DNA from: Gemmatimonadota bacterium
GTDB taxonomy: Bacteria > Latescibacterota > UBA2968 > UBA8231
DNA: 64,000 nucleotides
NCBI GenBank assembly: GCA_038153405.1
Contig: JAYOYH010000005.1
Coordinates: 72,176-136,175 of the forward strand
Reading direction: 5' to 3'
Part shown: piece after piece, positions 29,302 to 37,777 of the stretch
Layout of the letters: each line of letters starts with the position of its first letter
Position numbering within the stretch: the first letter of the stretch is position 1
Position numbers and translations under genes: made by a program
The notes under the pieces: generated by a model
Told to the model about the DNA's origin: nothing
What the model saw: only the letters and a program-made list of their open reading frames with translations
Databases searched by the model: none

Positions 29302-29330
29302 CTGACCAAAATCCCTGAATTTTGTATCTT
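29302..29330 (+). promoter_or_regulatory. Possible sigma70 promoter CTGACC-N17-TATCTT
   Basis: 17 nt spacing, upstream of SD CAGGAGG and the ATG at 29382. Confidence 0.4.
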
Positions 29331-29381
29331 ATTTACGCATTGTTCGCAGGGAACCCGCATGGTCAGGAGGCGATTTTACCC

Positions 29382-31046
29382 ATGCATATCGCATTGTATG
29401 TCCTCATCTTTGCCGCGCTGAGCGGTTGCAGCACCCCCGAAAAACAGTCGAACGTACTGGTCACTGTAGGCGATGAACAGATCACGACGGAAGATCTCGC
29501 GTCGTTCGCTGCCAGTATACCCGACGGCATGAAGACCGGCTCCTCTCCGCTGGAGATCAACCGCACACTGCTCGAGAGCCTAATCGACAAGACGGTGCTT
29601 CTGGCCGAGGCGCGATCCCTCGATCTGGAAAACGATCCCGCGTTTCGCGCGCAGGAAGCCAAAGAGGTCAAGAGCAAAATATTTGGGCTGTATCAGCAAA
29701 AAGAAATCGTCGAAAAAATATCCGTCAGCGACGAAGAGCTCGAAGAGCATCAGCGGGCCACTCACCGCGACCGCGCGCTGCGCTTTAGCGGCATCATGGT
29801 CGAGACAAAAGAGGAAGCCGAGCAAATCATTGCCCAACTCAAAGCGGGAAGCGATTTCCAAGCGCTGGCCGCCGAGCACTCCGTTCATCGCGAAACGGCC
29901 GAGCGCGGAGGCGATAGCGGCGGCTATAAATTGCGCGACCAAACCATTCCATCGATCGCCGAGAGCGTCTTCCCGCTGGCAGTCGGAGAAATATCCGACC
30001 CGATACCCGTCCCGCATGAACAGAAAATTCACTTTGTCGTATTTAAGGTCTTTGACGAAATGCCCGTTTCGCTTGACGCGACGTACCAACGCGTCAAGGA
30101 AGAGGTTTTCGCACGCAAGCGCACAGAGCGCATAACCGAGTTGCTGCAGTTTATCAACGACAAGTACCAGCCGGAAATCCAGGAAGAAAATATGGGCCTG
30201 TTGGCTAAGCTGAGCGATGCCGGCAACGACGACCCGCTAGTCCTGCCCGGCGACGAAGGCCAGATGCCCTTAGTCAGTTTTGCGGGGGGAGAAATAACGC
30301 TCGACGAATTTCTCCACGATGCCAAGGAAGCACATGTAAATCCCCGCGACTTCGCCAAACCGGCCGAAGTGACGACCATTCTCAACCGAATTTTTATCCC
30401 CGCCCACCTGTTTATGTCGGAAGCATACGAAATGGGCTTGGACAAGAATCCTGTCATAGCGGAGCACCTGACAGAGCGCAAGCCTGCGGCTCTACTGACC
30501 ATGTTGCGCAAACGCCAAGTCGACCAATATATCGCCGTTACGGAAGATGAGGCGCGCGCCTTTTACGATGCCAATCCACAAAAGTTCATTCCCCCTGCGA
30601 CCACCACTGCAGCCGAAATCCTGGTGGCCAGCGACACGCTCGCACAACGCGTAAAACGCCTGCTGCAGGAGGGCGAAGATCCGCAGGTCCTTTACGACCA
30701 ATACTCGCTTCGCGAAGAGGCAGCCCATCACAGCGGTCGACTCGATATCAATGCCTACAACCAGGCTTTCTTTCCCGAGATCGCCGAAATCGCACAGAGT
30801 CTAGAAATTGGCCAGGTAGGGGGACCGGTCAAGACAGGCGCAGGCTATTCTGTTTTCAAGGTCCTCGAACGCAAACAGGAAAAAGCGCCCTATGGCAAGG
30901 AGTCGCAGCGCCGCTCAATGGCCTACGTTAAAGTGGACAAAGCTAGGCGAAGTTACGTCCAATACGTGCGTTCACTGCGAGACAAGTATCCCGTCACAAT
31001 CGATGAAGAGAATCTAAAGCGAGTCAGCGCCGAGCCGAGTTCGTAA
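29382..31046 (+). CDS. SurA/PrsA-like lipoprotein with two PpiC (parvulin) PPIase domains
   Basis: Lipobox LSGC; VLVTVGDEQIT; LKAGSDFQALAAEHS..GGDSG; LAVGEISDPI; second module LEIGQVGGPVKTGAGYSVFKV. Confidence 0.88.
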   Translation: MHIALYVLIFAALSGCSTPEKQSNVLVTVGDEQITTEDLASFAASIPDGMKTGSSPLEINRTLLESLIDKTVLLAEARSLDLENDPAFRAQEAKEVKSKIFGLYQQKEIVEKISVSDEELEEHQRATHRDRALRFSGIMVETKEEAEQIIAQLKAGSDFQALAAEHSVHRETAERGGDSGGYKLRDQTIPSIAESVFPLAVGEISDPIPVPHEQKIHFVVFKVFDEMPVSLDATYQRVKEEVFARKRTERITELLQFINDKYQPEIQEENMGLLAKLSDAGNDDPLVLPGDEGQMPLVSFAGGEITLDEFLHDAKEAHVNPRDFAKPAEVTTILNRIFIPAHLFMSEAYEMGLDKNPVIAEHLTERKPAALLTMLRKRQVDQYIAVTEDEARAFYDANPQKFIPPATTTAAEILVASDTLAQRVKRLLQEGEDPQVLYDQYSLREEAAHHSGRLDINAYNQAFFPEIAEIAQSLEIGQVGGPVKTGAGYSVFKVLERKQEKAPYGKESQRRSMAYVKVDKARRSYVQYVRSLRDKYPVTIDEENLKRVSAEPSS

Positions 31047-31070
31047 ACGCGCTGTCTACCGTCAGCACCG

Positions 31071-31204
31071 CGCGATGAAGCCTGTTCGCCAAGCCACCCG
31101 CACTCGATGCGGGCAGACGAACAGCGTTCACGCCGCGTTCGGGCACGCGTTCGATAGGCGTTCCCGAACGCGGCGAGCGTGCGATGAGCCCCGTGCCCAT
31201 CGCG
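31071..31204. ncRNA. Candidate structured intergenic element (three hairpins, alternative closing stem)
   Basis: Perfect 13 bp stem 31131-31143/31163-31175; stems 31082-31088/31118-31124 and 31097-31102/31108-31113; 31181-31186 or 31071-31077 can pair with 31198-31204. Confidence 0.4.
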
Positions 31205-31289
31205 TTGTCCGTTGGCACTGGCCAGCCCATGCGGTATCTTTCCACCGCGACAAAGCATCTCCATCTGTGCCGACGACCGAGAATCGCCA

Positions 31290-32819
31290 TTGCTACCCGC
31301 ATACCGAAATCCGACATTCAGAGCACTCTACCCGATCGCCCTCCTTGCCATTTTGGCCGCGTGCGATGAAGGCGTAGACGCTCCACCCCAAGCGCAAACC
31401 GCACAAGCTATTGAACAGCCCCCTGTAGATGCGGGGCGTCAGCACCTTAGCGCCGGGCGATATGCTGAAGCACTAGTCGCCTTCGCCACTGCCTTGGAAG
31501 GCGATTCAGACGAGCAGCTGATCCGGCGCGACTTTGCCCGAGCGCACTTGGCGCTCGGGCGCTATGACTCGGCGCAGACGCATATTGAACACGCCCTCAG
31601 AGCCGACACTACCAACGCCGAATTCTACGATATACTCGGCGCAATCCACATGGCGCGCGCCTTTTCCCAAGCGCACTACCGCGATACGGACGAAGCCCTG
31701 GCCGCCTTTCAACAGGCCATCGATCTAGATTCCATGCGCGCACATGCCTACTACAATATCGGTCTGGTCTATGCATACCGAGACAGCAGCGCGCTAGCAG
31801 AGCGGGCGTATCAACGCGCTCTGGCCGCTGACTCTACGCTGTCGCCCGCCTACAAAAAGCTCGGCATGATGGCGCGCGAAGGGGGCGACCGAGAGGCGTC
31901 GGTCAACCTCTTATCACAGGCTCTGCGCCATGCGCCCGACGATGCCGAAGCCAACTTTTACCTCGGCATGCTCTATCGCGAAAGCGGTCGCTTTGAAGAA
32001 GCCCTCTCGCACTTAACGCACGCCGCTGCGCTCAACCCGCATTCGCCTCAAATACACTCAAATATAGCGGGAGTCTACCTGCGACTAGGGCGGCGCAGCG
32101 AAGGCCAAGAGGCTCTGCGGCGCTCGGAAATCCTGCGTCAGAAAGAACGCGGAATTGGCTCCGAAATTTCCCAACCTAGCGGGGGAGCCGTCGCCATCGG
32201 TCCGGCAACCGCACGCTATAATATGGCGCTCAACTTGGCCCTGCGCGGCCAGTATGAGCAAGCCATTGTCGCTTATCACAACGCGCTCGAGCTCAACCCC
32301 GACCTCAAAGATGCCCACAGTGGTTTGGGCATCTTGCTCACGTGGAAAGGCGAATTGGACGAGGCCGCTCAGTCGCTGCGCCGCGCCGTTGACCTCGATC
32401 CGCAAGATCCAATCAACCGCACCCGGTTGGGCATGGTCTACTACAAACAGGGCCGTCTCTATCCGGCACGGGCCGAACTCGAGATGGCGCTGGTTTTGGA
32501 CGAGGCGCTGGCCGAAGCCGCCTATGGCCTGGGTTTAGTCGAAGCGCGCCAAGGCCAAATGGATGCGGCGGCAGCTCACTTCGCCCGCGCCAGCCACCTA
32601 CGACCGGACTACGCCGAAGCGCTAATGAATCTCGGCGTCACGCGCATGCGGCTCAACCAGCCCGCAGCCGCCATCGATTCGTACCTGCAAGTTGCCGAAC
32701 TCGACCCAGACAACGTTCGCATCCATATGTACTTGAGCGACGCCTATGCCCAATTAGGAGATGGTTCGCGCAGCGAGGCACACCGCGCGCGCGCGCGCCA
32801 ACTGAAGGAGGGAGGTTGA
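31290..32819 (+). CDS. TPR-repeat lipoprotein
   Basis: Lipobox LAAC; many 34 aa TPRs (AYYNIGLVY, ANFYLGMLY, ALMNLGV). Start placed at TTG 31290 (track gives 31212). Confidence 0.85.
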   Translation: MLPAYRNPTFRALYPIALLAILAACDEGVDAPPQAQTAQAIEQPPVDAGRQHLSAGRYAEALVAFATALEGDSDEQLIRRDFARAHLALGRYDSAQTHIEHALRADTTNAEFYDILGAIHMARAFSQAHYRDTDEALAAFQQAIDLDSMRAHAYYNIGLVYAYRDSSALAERAYQRALAADSTLSPAYKKLGMMAREGGDREASVNLLSQALRHAPDDAEANFYLGMLYRESGRFEEALSHLTHAAALNPHSPQIHSNIAGVYLRLGRRSEGQEALRRSEILRQKERGIGSEISQPSGGAVAIGPATARYNMALNLALRGQYEQAIVAYHNALELNPDLKDAHSGLGILLTWKGELDEAAQSLRRAVDLDPQDPINRTRLGMVYYKQGRLYPARAELEMALVLDEALAEAAYGLGLVEARQGQMDAAAAHFARASHLRPDYAEALMNLGVTRMRLNQPAAAIDSYLQVAELDPDNVRIHMYLSDAYAQLGDGSRSEAHRARARQLKEGG

Positions 32820-34354
32820 TTCGCATGTGCTTTTACGCCGCTTTCGCTGCATTGCTCATCGCTGCTACGGCACAGGCCCAGACTCCCGCGAGAAGCGATA
32901 CCACCATCAAGGGACAGCGCTACGCACAAATCGATGCCGCCGACTTCCTCACCGCTCTGCGCACCGCCAGAGCCGGCACTCAGCTGGAATACCGCGCAAC
33001 GGCCGTGCGTGGGCCGGTATTCGCCCCCACGTCTGGGCTCGACACCGTGCGCGCAGCGCTCTTGCTAAACGACGTCATTTTTCTCGGCGAAATCGCACTG
33101 AGCAACGTCGTTTTTGCCGCTGAATTTCGCGGTGAAAACGTCGAATTTCGCGGCGGTCTTTCCGCTCTTAAGACGCGCTTTGACGCCGACTGCACGCTGC
33201 AGCAGAGCACATCGCGCCGACACACCAACTTTAAACAGGCCGTCTTTGCGGCCGAAAGCAATTTCTCTGGCAGCGCGTTTGAACAAACGGCGTCCTTTAT
33301 CGAGACGCGCTTTTCCCGTGCGACCTTCTCCCATGTGCGCTTTGCCGGAGAAGCCTATTTTGAACGCGCCGATTTTGCGGCCGAGGCCGATTTCAAAGAC
33401 GCGTTTTTTGAGGGAAATGCACAGTTCAAGAACGCTCGGTTCAACGACGACGCTCACTTCGGCGGCGCGCGCTTCATACAGCGCACTCGTTTTTGGCAAA
33501 CCGTTTTTGCCAAGCGTTCCACCTTTGACAACGCTCGCAGTCGCGGCGAAATCTCTTTTAGACAGGCCGTTTTTTGGGGGCCAGCGCACTTTCGCCACAT
33601 CACCTTTGTCCACCCCGTGGGCTTTGCCGGTGCGACGTTTCACCATCCGACCACATTTGCCGGCAGCCACTTTAAAAAGGCCGTCGACTTCAGCGGCGTC
33701 CGCTTTCACGCCGATCTCGACCTCAACGCCGACTTCAAGAGCACGCTCGATCTGCGCTACAGCAGAGGCCCGATTCTCGACCTCTTGCCGGCAATCGACG
33801 ACCGCGATGCACAAAACCCTGACTCCACGCTGACCGATACCGCCCGTCTCTACTTGCAGCACGCCAATTTCGCACGCGCGTCTTTTCGCTGGCCGCAGCT
33901 ATCTGGCCGCCTGGCCACCGAAGATAGCACGGGAGCCGACCTAGGACCGGTCTACGCCAAACTCCACCACTATCTGCTAGCCGAAGGCCTCACGGAAGAT
34001 GCCCGCGCCTGCTTTGCCGCTGCTATGGAACACAAGCGCCGCGCGCTTGGCCCAACCGACGCTGCTTGGTACGGCCTGCATTTGTGGCGACTGACTACGT
34101 ATTACGGGGCCGATCTGAGCCGCCTGGCGCTTTTCATCGCCGTCTGCGTGCTCTCCTTTTCCCTGCTCTACCGACTCGCGCCGGGCCTCCCCAACGGCGC
34201 ACTCGATTGCCTGTATTATAGCACGCTGGTTTTTTTTCGCCTGAAGGTACCGAGCGATGCTCAGCTTTTTACGCGCTGGCTCTCCATCGCACAAGCTCTT
34301 ATCGGCTGGCTCTGCCTAGGCCTGTTCATAGCCGCCCTCGTCGGTTATCGGTAA
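32816..34354 (+). CDS. Pentapeptide-repeat protein with signal peptide and C-terminal channel-like membrane segment
   Basis: Repeating AxF/xxxAxF units (ADFAAEADFKDAFFEGNAQFKNARF); C-terminal TTYYG-TM-LYYS-TM arrangement. Confidence 0.8.
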   Translation: MIRMCFYAAFAALLIAATAQAQTPARSDTTIKGQRYAQIDAADFLTALRTARAGTQLEYRATAVRGPVFAPTSGLDTVRAALLLNDVIFLGEIALSNVVFAAEFRGENVEFRGGLSALKTRFDADCTLQQSTSRRHTNFKQAVFAAESNFSGSAFEQTASFIETRFSRATFSHVRFAGEAYFERADFAAEADFKDAFFEGNAQFKNARFNDDAHFGGARFIQRTRFWQTVFAKRSTFDNARSRGEISFRQAVFWGPAHFRHITFVHPVGFAGATFHHPTTFAGSHFKKAVDFSGVRFHADLDLNADFKSTLDLRYSRGPILDLLPAIDDRDAQNPDSTLTDTARLYLQHANFARASFRWPQLSGRLATEDSTGADLGPVYAKLHHYLLAEGLTEDARACFAAAMEHKRRALGPTDAAWYGLHLWRLTTYYGADLSRLALFIAVCVLSFSLLYRLAPGLPNGALDCLYYSTLVFFRLKVPSDAQLFTRWLSIAQALIGWLCLGLFIAALVGYR

Positions 34355-34360
34355 GAGCCT

Positions 34361-36010
34361 ATGCTGCGTTTTATCCTCTATTGCGCCGGCCTACTAGCAG
34401 GCTGTTCTCCTGAGTCCGGGCCTATAGCGACCGCCGTTCCCGTTCACTACGCAGAAGTGGATGCCGGCCTAGCGTTCGAACACTACAACGGGTTTTCCGG
34501 AGAGTATTACTACGTGGAAACCTTTGGACCGGGCTCGGCTTTTCTCGACTATGACGGCGACGGCTGGCTCGATATCTACCTAGTCAACGGGACCTATCTA
34601 AAAGGCCTCGCTCCCGACCTGCTGCCGGCCAACCAACTCTACCGCAACGCGGGCGATGGGACTTTTGCGCGGGTCGATGCCGGCGCCGCCGACTTGCGAT
34701 ACGGAATGGGGGTTGCCGTCGGCGACTACGACAACGACGGCGACGCCGATCTCTACGTGACCAATTTCGGTCCCAACGCGCTCTATCGAAATGACGGAGG
34801 GTACTTTGTCGATGCGACCCAAGAAACGGGCGTGGGTGACCGGCGCTGGGGTACGAGTTGCGCTTTTCTCGATTACGACCTCGACGGCGACCTCGATCTC
34901 TTCGCCACCAACTACGTCGACTTTGATCTCGACCGCAACGTCATCTGCAAAGAGGGAAGGATCCGCACCTACTGCCGCCCACAGGCCTATGAACCCGTCG
35001 GCGACTTGCTCTACCGCAACGACGGGGAGCGCTTTACCGACGTGACCGACGAAGCCGGTATCACACTAGCCGGACGCGGACTCGGGGTCGCCCTGTCGGA
35101 TTTTGACCGCGACGGCGATACCGATATCTACGTCGCCAACGACGGCACCATGAATTTCCTCTACGAAAACCGCCGCGGACATTTTGCGGAAATAGGCCTA
35201 CAGGCTGGCACTCGCTACAACGAAGACGGCCGCGCCGAAGCCGGTATGGGCGTCGATTTTGGCGACTACGACAACGATGGCTACCAAGATATTTTCGTCA
35301 CCAACTTCGGCTTTGAAACGAACACTCTGTATCGCAATAGCGAAGGAACCTATTTTACCGATGTGTCAGCCGAAGTAGACCTAGCCGAACCCACCTATGA
35401 CCCGCTCGGTTTTGGCACCAAATTCCTCGACTACGACAACGATGCCGATCTCGATCTCTTTGTCGCCAACGGTCACGTCCTCGATCTGATGGACGATATA
35501 GATACAACAGGCAACCTCTCGTACTACCAAACCAACCAACTGCTGCGCAACGACTCGCGCGCAGGCAAGCGGCGCTTCGTCGACGTTTCGACCCAGTCTG
35601 GTGCCAGCTTTGCCATCAAGAATGTTGGCCGCGGGACCGCGGTAGCCGACTACGATAACGACGGCGACCTCGACCTTTTGGTAAACGGCGTAGCCGACCC
35701 GCCACGCCTGCTGCGCAACGACGGGGGCAACCACAACCACTGGCTAACCGTTGAGCTGGTTGGGGCCATCCACCGCGATGCACTCGGCGCGCTGGTGACG
35801 GCGACGCCTGCGGCTGGCTCGCCCCAAGTCCGCGAGCGCCAATCGGGCGGCTCCTACCTCTCGGCACACGATCCGCGGCTGCACTTTGGTCTCGGCACGG
35901 CCACCCAAGTCGACCTCGAAATACGCTGGCCCAATGGCCAGGTACAGCATCTCAACGATATAGCCGCCAACCAGATACTGCGCGTGGTTCAACCCATACC
36001 GACACCGTAG
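34361..36010 (+). CDS. CRTAC1-family lipoprotein (FG-GAP repeats + ASPIC/UnbV)
   Basis: Lipobox LAGC; DYDGDGWLDIY and GDYDNDGD repeats; GGSYLSAHDPRLHFGLG..IRWPNG. Confidence 0.92.
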   Translation: MLRFILYCAGLLAGCSPESGPIATAVPVHYAEVDAGLAFEHYNGFSGEYYYVETFGPGSAFLDYDGDGWLDIYLVNGTYLKGLAPDLLPANQLYRNAGDGTFARVDAGAADLRYGMGVAVGDYDNDGDADLYVTNFGPNALYRNDGGYFVDATQETGVGDRRWGTSCAFLDYDLDGDLDLFATNYVDFDLDRNVICKEGRIRTYCRPQAYEPVGDLLYRNDGERFTDVTDEAGITLAGRGLGVALSDFDRDGDTDIYVANDGTMNFLYENRRGHFAEIGLQAGTRYNEDGRAEAGMGVDFGDYDNDGYQDIFVTNFGFETNTLYRNSEGTYFTDVSAEVDLAEPTYDPLGFGTKFLDYDNDADLDLFVANGHVLDLMDDIDTTGNLSYYQTNQLLRNDSRAGKRRFVDVSTQSGASFAIKNVGRGTAVADYDNDGDLDLLVNGVADPPRLLRNDGGNHNHWLTVELVGAIHRDALGALVTATPAAGSPQVRERQSGGSYLSAHDPRLHFGLGTATQVDLEIRWPNGQVQHLNDIAANQILRVVQPIPTP

Positions 36011-36013
36011 CCC

Positions 36014-37765
36014 ATGTCTGCAACGCGTTCCCGTTGGGCACTATCGGCCCTCGTCGCCCTCTGCACCTCCTGCGCCGAGGCCCCGGCGCCGCTCGAGCCC
36101 TACGAAGGCCCCGGGGGAGCCATTGCCCCCAAGGCGACGGCCGCCGGCTTTTCAGCCGAGGCCGACCTCGACGGTCCAGCCGGCCAGCTCTTTATACGCG
36201 CCGAAGTGCACTTTGCCGCAAACCGCTTCGACTCGGCATCCACCGCCTATCGACAATCCATTGACCGCACGTCGACCCTAGCGACACAGCTCAACTTAGG
36301 GATCGCTCTGCTCAATATGTCCGATATTTCCACCGCGACCCAGGTGCTCGGCGCGGGATTGGCGCAAAGTAGACAACGCAATGACCCCCTCCTCACCGCT
36401 GCGTTTCTCGGCAATCTCGGCAACGCATATGCCAATCAGAACAGCTTAGATCAGGCGCTGGCCAGCTTTAGAGAGGCGTTGACTATATACCGGAACATCG
36501 GTCGACCAACCGAGAGCGCGGCAAGCTTGGGCAATATAGGGATGGTCTACTTTTTGCGAAGCGATCTAGACAGCGCGAGGGCTGCCCTTATCACAGCCCT
36601 CGCGACAAACCGCCAAGTTGCCTATCGCCGCGGAGAGGCGCAGGATCTGGATCGCCTCGGCACCATCCACATCCTGCGCGGACAGCTCGACAGCGCCCTC
36701 ACTCACTACCAAGAAGCCCTGGCAATCAACCGCGATATAGGCTATCTGCGCGGGCAAGGGCGCGCCTTGGGCAATATCGGCAACGTGCGCTTTGAGCGCG
36801 GACAGCTAGACCACGCCCTCAAATCTTACGAAGATGCGCTAGCGGTTTATCGCGATATGGGCTACCTGCGCGGACAGCTCACCCAGCTCAACGGAATCGG
36901 GCTGACTCACCGGCGCCAAGGCGACCTCGAAAAGACGCTCAGCGCGCTTCAGCAGTCGCTCGAGCTGAGCAAACAGATCGCGCCGGCCAGCGAGACAGGG
37001 TCGCTGCACGCCGAGATGGGCAAGGTCTATTTTCTTCAGGGACAATTAGAGGAGGCACTGCGATCCCACCGCGCAGCGCTCGAGATATTCGTCGCGACCA
37101 ACCAGTTCCGCGAGCAGGCCACTCAGCTCGACCACATCGGCACGATACACATTCTGCAGGGACACCGACAGGAGGCGTTGGCCTTTTACCAACGCGCCCT
37201 CGCCCTCTTTCGCCAGATCGACCATCCCAGCGGACAGGCCGAACAACTGGACAAACTCGGATCGCTTAATCAAGGCCTCGGCCGACTGGAAGAAGCACTG
37301 ATAGCCTACCGAGAGGCGCTGCAAATCTACCGGCGTTTCGACCGCCATATTGAAGGAGCAACCCAGCTAGACCATATCGGATCCGTGCACGTGCAACAGC
37401 GCGCATTCGATCAGGCGTTGGCCGCCTACGAAGAAGCCCTGCATATCTTTACTCGCATCGGTCACCGCCAGGGCCAAGCCGCCGAGTTGAGCAATATCGG
37501 CAACATTCACTTCAACCAAAACCGGCTCGACCAGGCCCTCACATCTTTTCAAAATGCGCTCTACATATTCGACCTGATCGACCATCCGCGCGGCCAGGCC
37601 GACTGTCTGGGCAATATAGGGCTCGTCTATCGCGACCGCGGCAACGGCGCGCAGGCGCTCGAACACCTGCGCAAAGCAAGGGCCCTATACCAACGCTTGG
37701 GCGTACACAGTGCGGGCGTCGAACGCGTAGCTGGGGCCATTGCCGCCTTGGAAAAAGACGACTAA
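36014..37765 (+). CDS. TPR-repeat lipoprotein (40 aa repeats)
   Basis: Cys-containing signal (LCTSC); repeats of A..LGNIG.V....G.L..AL..Y..AL.I.R.IG. Confidence 0.88.
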   Translation: MSATRSRWALSALVALCTSCAEAPAPLEPYEGPGGAIAPKATAAGFSAEADLDGPAGQLFIRAEVHFAANRFDSASTAYRQSIDRTSTLATQLNLGIALLNMSDISTATQVLGAGLAQSRQRNDPLLTAAFLGNLGNAYANQNSLDQALASFREALTIYRNIGRPTESAASLGNIGMVYFLRSDLDSARAALITALATNRQVAYRRGEAQDLDRLGTIHILRGQLDSALTHYQEALAINRDIGYLRGQGRALGNIGNVRFERGQLDHALKSYEDALAVYRDMGYLRGQLTQLNGIGLTHRRQGDLEKTLSALQQSLELSKQIAPASETGSLHAEMGKVYFLQGQLEEALRSHRAALEIFVATNQFREQATQLDHIGTIHILQGHRQEALAFYQRALALFRQIDHPSGQAEQLDKLGSLNQGLGRLEEALIAYREALQIYRRFDRHIEGATQLDHIGSVHVQQRAFDQALAAYEEALHIFTRIGHRQGQAAELSNIGNIHFNQNRLDQALTSFQNALYIFDLIDHPRGQADCLGNIGLVYRDRGNGAQALEHLRKARALYQRLGVHSAGVERVAGAIAALEKDD

Positions 37766-37777
37766 ATCGCAGATTCG

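Noticed and set aside
31071..31204. tRNA, SRP RNA or CRISPR repeat
   Set aside because: It has no cloverleaf with T-arm and acceptor geometry, no SRP GGAA-loop motif and no repeat-spacer periodicity.
36014..37765. Nucleotide tandem repeat with ~120 nt period
   Set aside because: It is explained by degenerate 40 aa TPR coding repeats.
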